Assembly (NCBI RefSeq): GCF_009834535.1
Contig: NC_045707.1
Location: 62,684,001 to 62,748,000 of the forward strand
Direction of reading: 5' to 3'
From: Camelus ferus
Lineage: Eukaryota
DNA: 64,000 nt
The position numbers and the translations under genes are program-made. How positions within the stretch are numbered: the stretch's first letter is position 1; each line of letters begins with the position of its first letter. The notes beneath the pieces are model-generated. The model had not been told where the DNA came from and did no database searches. It saw nothing but the letters and a program-made list of their open reading frames with translations. This document shows positions 61,440-64,000 of the stretch, one piece after another.

Positions 61440-64000
61440 GTAAGGCTTATATAAACACATCACACAAAGACATATGCTATTCAGACTGAAATGAGTGCAT
61501 AATGATTCACTTCGCAATATTACCTCAGGGTTTCAGCAAGCCCTTTGGTTTTCCTACTAAGAACACAGTGAATTTCCTTTTAGTTCCATGCCCTGAGTTT
61601 CAGATCTAAGGGGAATAGGCTATTAAATGACGATGATAGGAAAAAAAGGAAGGAACCGTATGTAAGGGTTTTGAGATATTTGGTATACCTCATTCTTTAT
61701 TTTAACTATCTGAAAAATATGACAGAATTTTACTGTGAACTGAAAGATTCAAAAATATTTTTGTTAAGATTAATGAATTTACTTTCAAAATACATTTAAT
61801 ACAGATATTTAGGCCTAAAACTCATCATTAACAAAAGACATCAGATTTTCTCATTTATATTAATCCTCATTGAAAGTGTTGACATTTTTCTCCAGCATGG
61901 TGTTTTCATTTCTATGTCCAAAAGCTATGATTGACTTATTACTGTATTAAAAATTCTGCAATTGTCTGCAATGTAGCAGGTAGCCAATGATATGGCAAAA
62001 ATATGTGAACACAAGACTGTCATTTACTGATGTCCAATGTTACATTTCTTGTGTGCCTGCAATTTTTAAATCTTGTAGTTCTTAAAATTATAGGTATGAA
62101 AACCACAACCTAAATCAAATCAGAGAAAAAACAATAACTGTGAAATCACTTTCTTTTGGTTTGACTGTCTTGTTTCTACTGATGCTGGAAATGGAAAAAG
62201 TTGTAGCGGTTTTATAAATGGTAGAGTAACCTTGATCTTAGAAACAGGAGACTTTAAAGCGTCTCTCCTTACAGAAAAATAATTTTATTTTTAATCTTCT
62301 GAAGTGAATGGACTTTAACTTAGGGCATATCAGCAATCAGAATACTTACAGCAATTTCTTTTTAATTGCATGGTTATTCATAAAGATCATCATTTTGATA
62401 ATCATAAATATTTCATACAATTTTATATTTCCTGTCTTCTGTGTTTTTAGAAACAAATGTTCTAACATGGCGTATGATACAGTATATTATTGCATATCAG
62501 ATAGTGTATGGATTTCTAAGGGTTAAAAATGGTATGAGGAAAAGATAAATAAAAACATAACTAAATGATACCAAGAGGAATAATTTTGCTTTAAACAAGT
62601 ACACCAAGTAAATATGTAGAATATTTCCATAATTTAGACTAAAACTTTCCTATTCCTTAAATAATAATTCAACTGTATATTACATCAAGTGATTCAATAT
62701 CATGAACACTTCAGAGTGGGGACTCCTTTTGCCAGCTTTCTGAGCTGTGTTCAAACAATGCAGGTACCCTTGTTGCCTAGCACGTAAGACTAAATATGCA
62801 AATATTCTGTGTGCTATGGCACTTGAGGGCACCTGGAGATGTGCCATTTGTGCTATTATGATAAGGGCCAGAAGCCAATTTCCTTCAAATCATATTTTTT
62901 AAGCTAGAGAGCATTAGCCAGGAGCAGTCAAAATGACAAGGCAGTAAGAATATGAACAGAATGAACATCCGGCAAAGAAGTTTAAAGGAATACGACTGCG
63001 ATAAAAACTGGTAAAAAAAAAAGCTGCCCAGTGATTTAGGTGGTGAACTGTCTTCAAGCTTTAAACACTTTGAGAGAGGGTGTGTGAATTACGGTTCCAA
63101 TTCCGTGGTATTTTTTGAGAGGAGTAGGAATATGACTAGACTGCATTTGCTCATGAAACACTTTCAGATTTGGTCTGGGTGAAATAAAAACGGCATGAAA
63201 ATGTCAGCTGAGCCTCTGAAGATTTAGGGTTTGCGGCTCTGAGATCTAGGTGATGGCAGGTATCAGTAACCCAAGCAGTTCATTTCATTCTCTGATTTCA
63301 TCTTTTCAAGGGAAACTTTTCTAGACATAACTTATAAGAAGAAGAAATAAGAACCCTTTTCTTAATAACCATGCTGTCGAAGACCAATTTAAGTGGAAAT
63401 GCTTAAGTAGGATTTCTAAGGGAAGAAGATTTTAGGGAATCAGTTCAAAAATAGAACTCAAGCCCAAATCCGTAATGCATTCATTTTATTTCTTCTTCAG
63501 CCCATTCATCCAGTAAACATTTTGTCATTGTTCTTTGCTTCAGTATCACTGGCACATTTAAAGGAAGACGTTTATCTTGAACTCTAACCATACTTGGAAC
63601 TGTAGCAAGGTGGTCTTTCCACTTACTGTGATTACTAATTTACAGCAAGGAAGATCAATAGAAATGACTAACTCGGGGTGGGATGCTTTAAAAAAACAAA
63701 TTATTATTACGTAGGGGCCCTTTCACCTTTTGGGCCCCTCAGTAGCAAAAATAAATTCAGGGTTAGGAGAATAAGGAGACTTGAAGAATGAGCAGTTTAC
63801 GGATATGAGGAATCTAGGCATATCCTGTCCCTCAGGCTTGCATGGAAAGTGGTCGAACAAAGTACACTAATTTTTCAAAACAGCATCTATGAAGCAAAGT
63901 AAGAAGGTATCGAGATGTTAGAAGAGTTAGGTAGCACTGGCATTGAAAAATGGCTATTTCGACTTCGGTATATGAAAAATTTGAAACTAGGACAAGTTAG

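Noticed and set aside
1..64000. Prokaryote-type system (operon, CRISPR array, defence island, phage) or foreign coding insert
   Set aside because: No long ORF (maximum 167 aa), no gene-dense region and no repeat-spacer array; the composition and repeats are mammalian throughout.

Overview
This is an AT-rich, CpG-depleted stretch of eutherian mammalian nuclear DNA, either a gene desert or a large intron. I see no recognisable protein-coding gene, RNA gene, NUMT, CRISPR array or prokaryote-type system. The supplied ORFs are best explained as chance frames or as read-through of repeats and microsatellites. Much of the window is interspersed repeat: MIR, L2, old L1M, MaLR/ERVL/ERV1 LTRs, Tigger13a-like, Charlie1-like and MER5-like elements. 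The youngest L1 3' ends resemble camelid L1 as I recall it. I saw no Alu, B1/B2, Bov-tA/BovB, PRE1, SINEC or ERE SINE, so a camelid (or at least cetartiodactyl) genome is inferred. Repeat subfamily names come from remembered consensus sequences, not a search, and most boundaries are approximate (tens of bp) unless a target-site duplication (TSD) fixes them. The most notable items are: a CCAAT-TATA-G-quadruplex-RFX module at ~7.7 kb, a 99-nt open candidate exon at 61.3 kb, serial fold-back palindromes in an MLT1 LTR at 48.3 kb, a CpG-rich young LTR-like insert at 29 kb, a young L1 with a split poly(A) tail and 13-bp TSD, and an ancient ERVL gag relic. None of these amounts to a demonstrated novel biological system.
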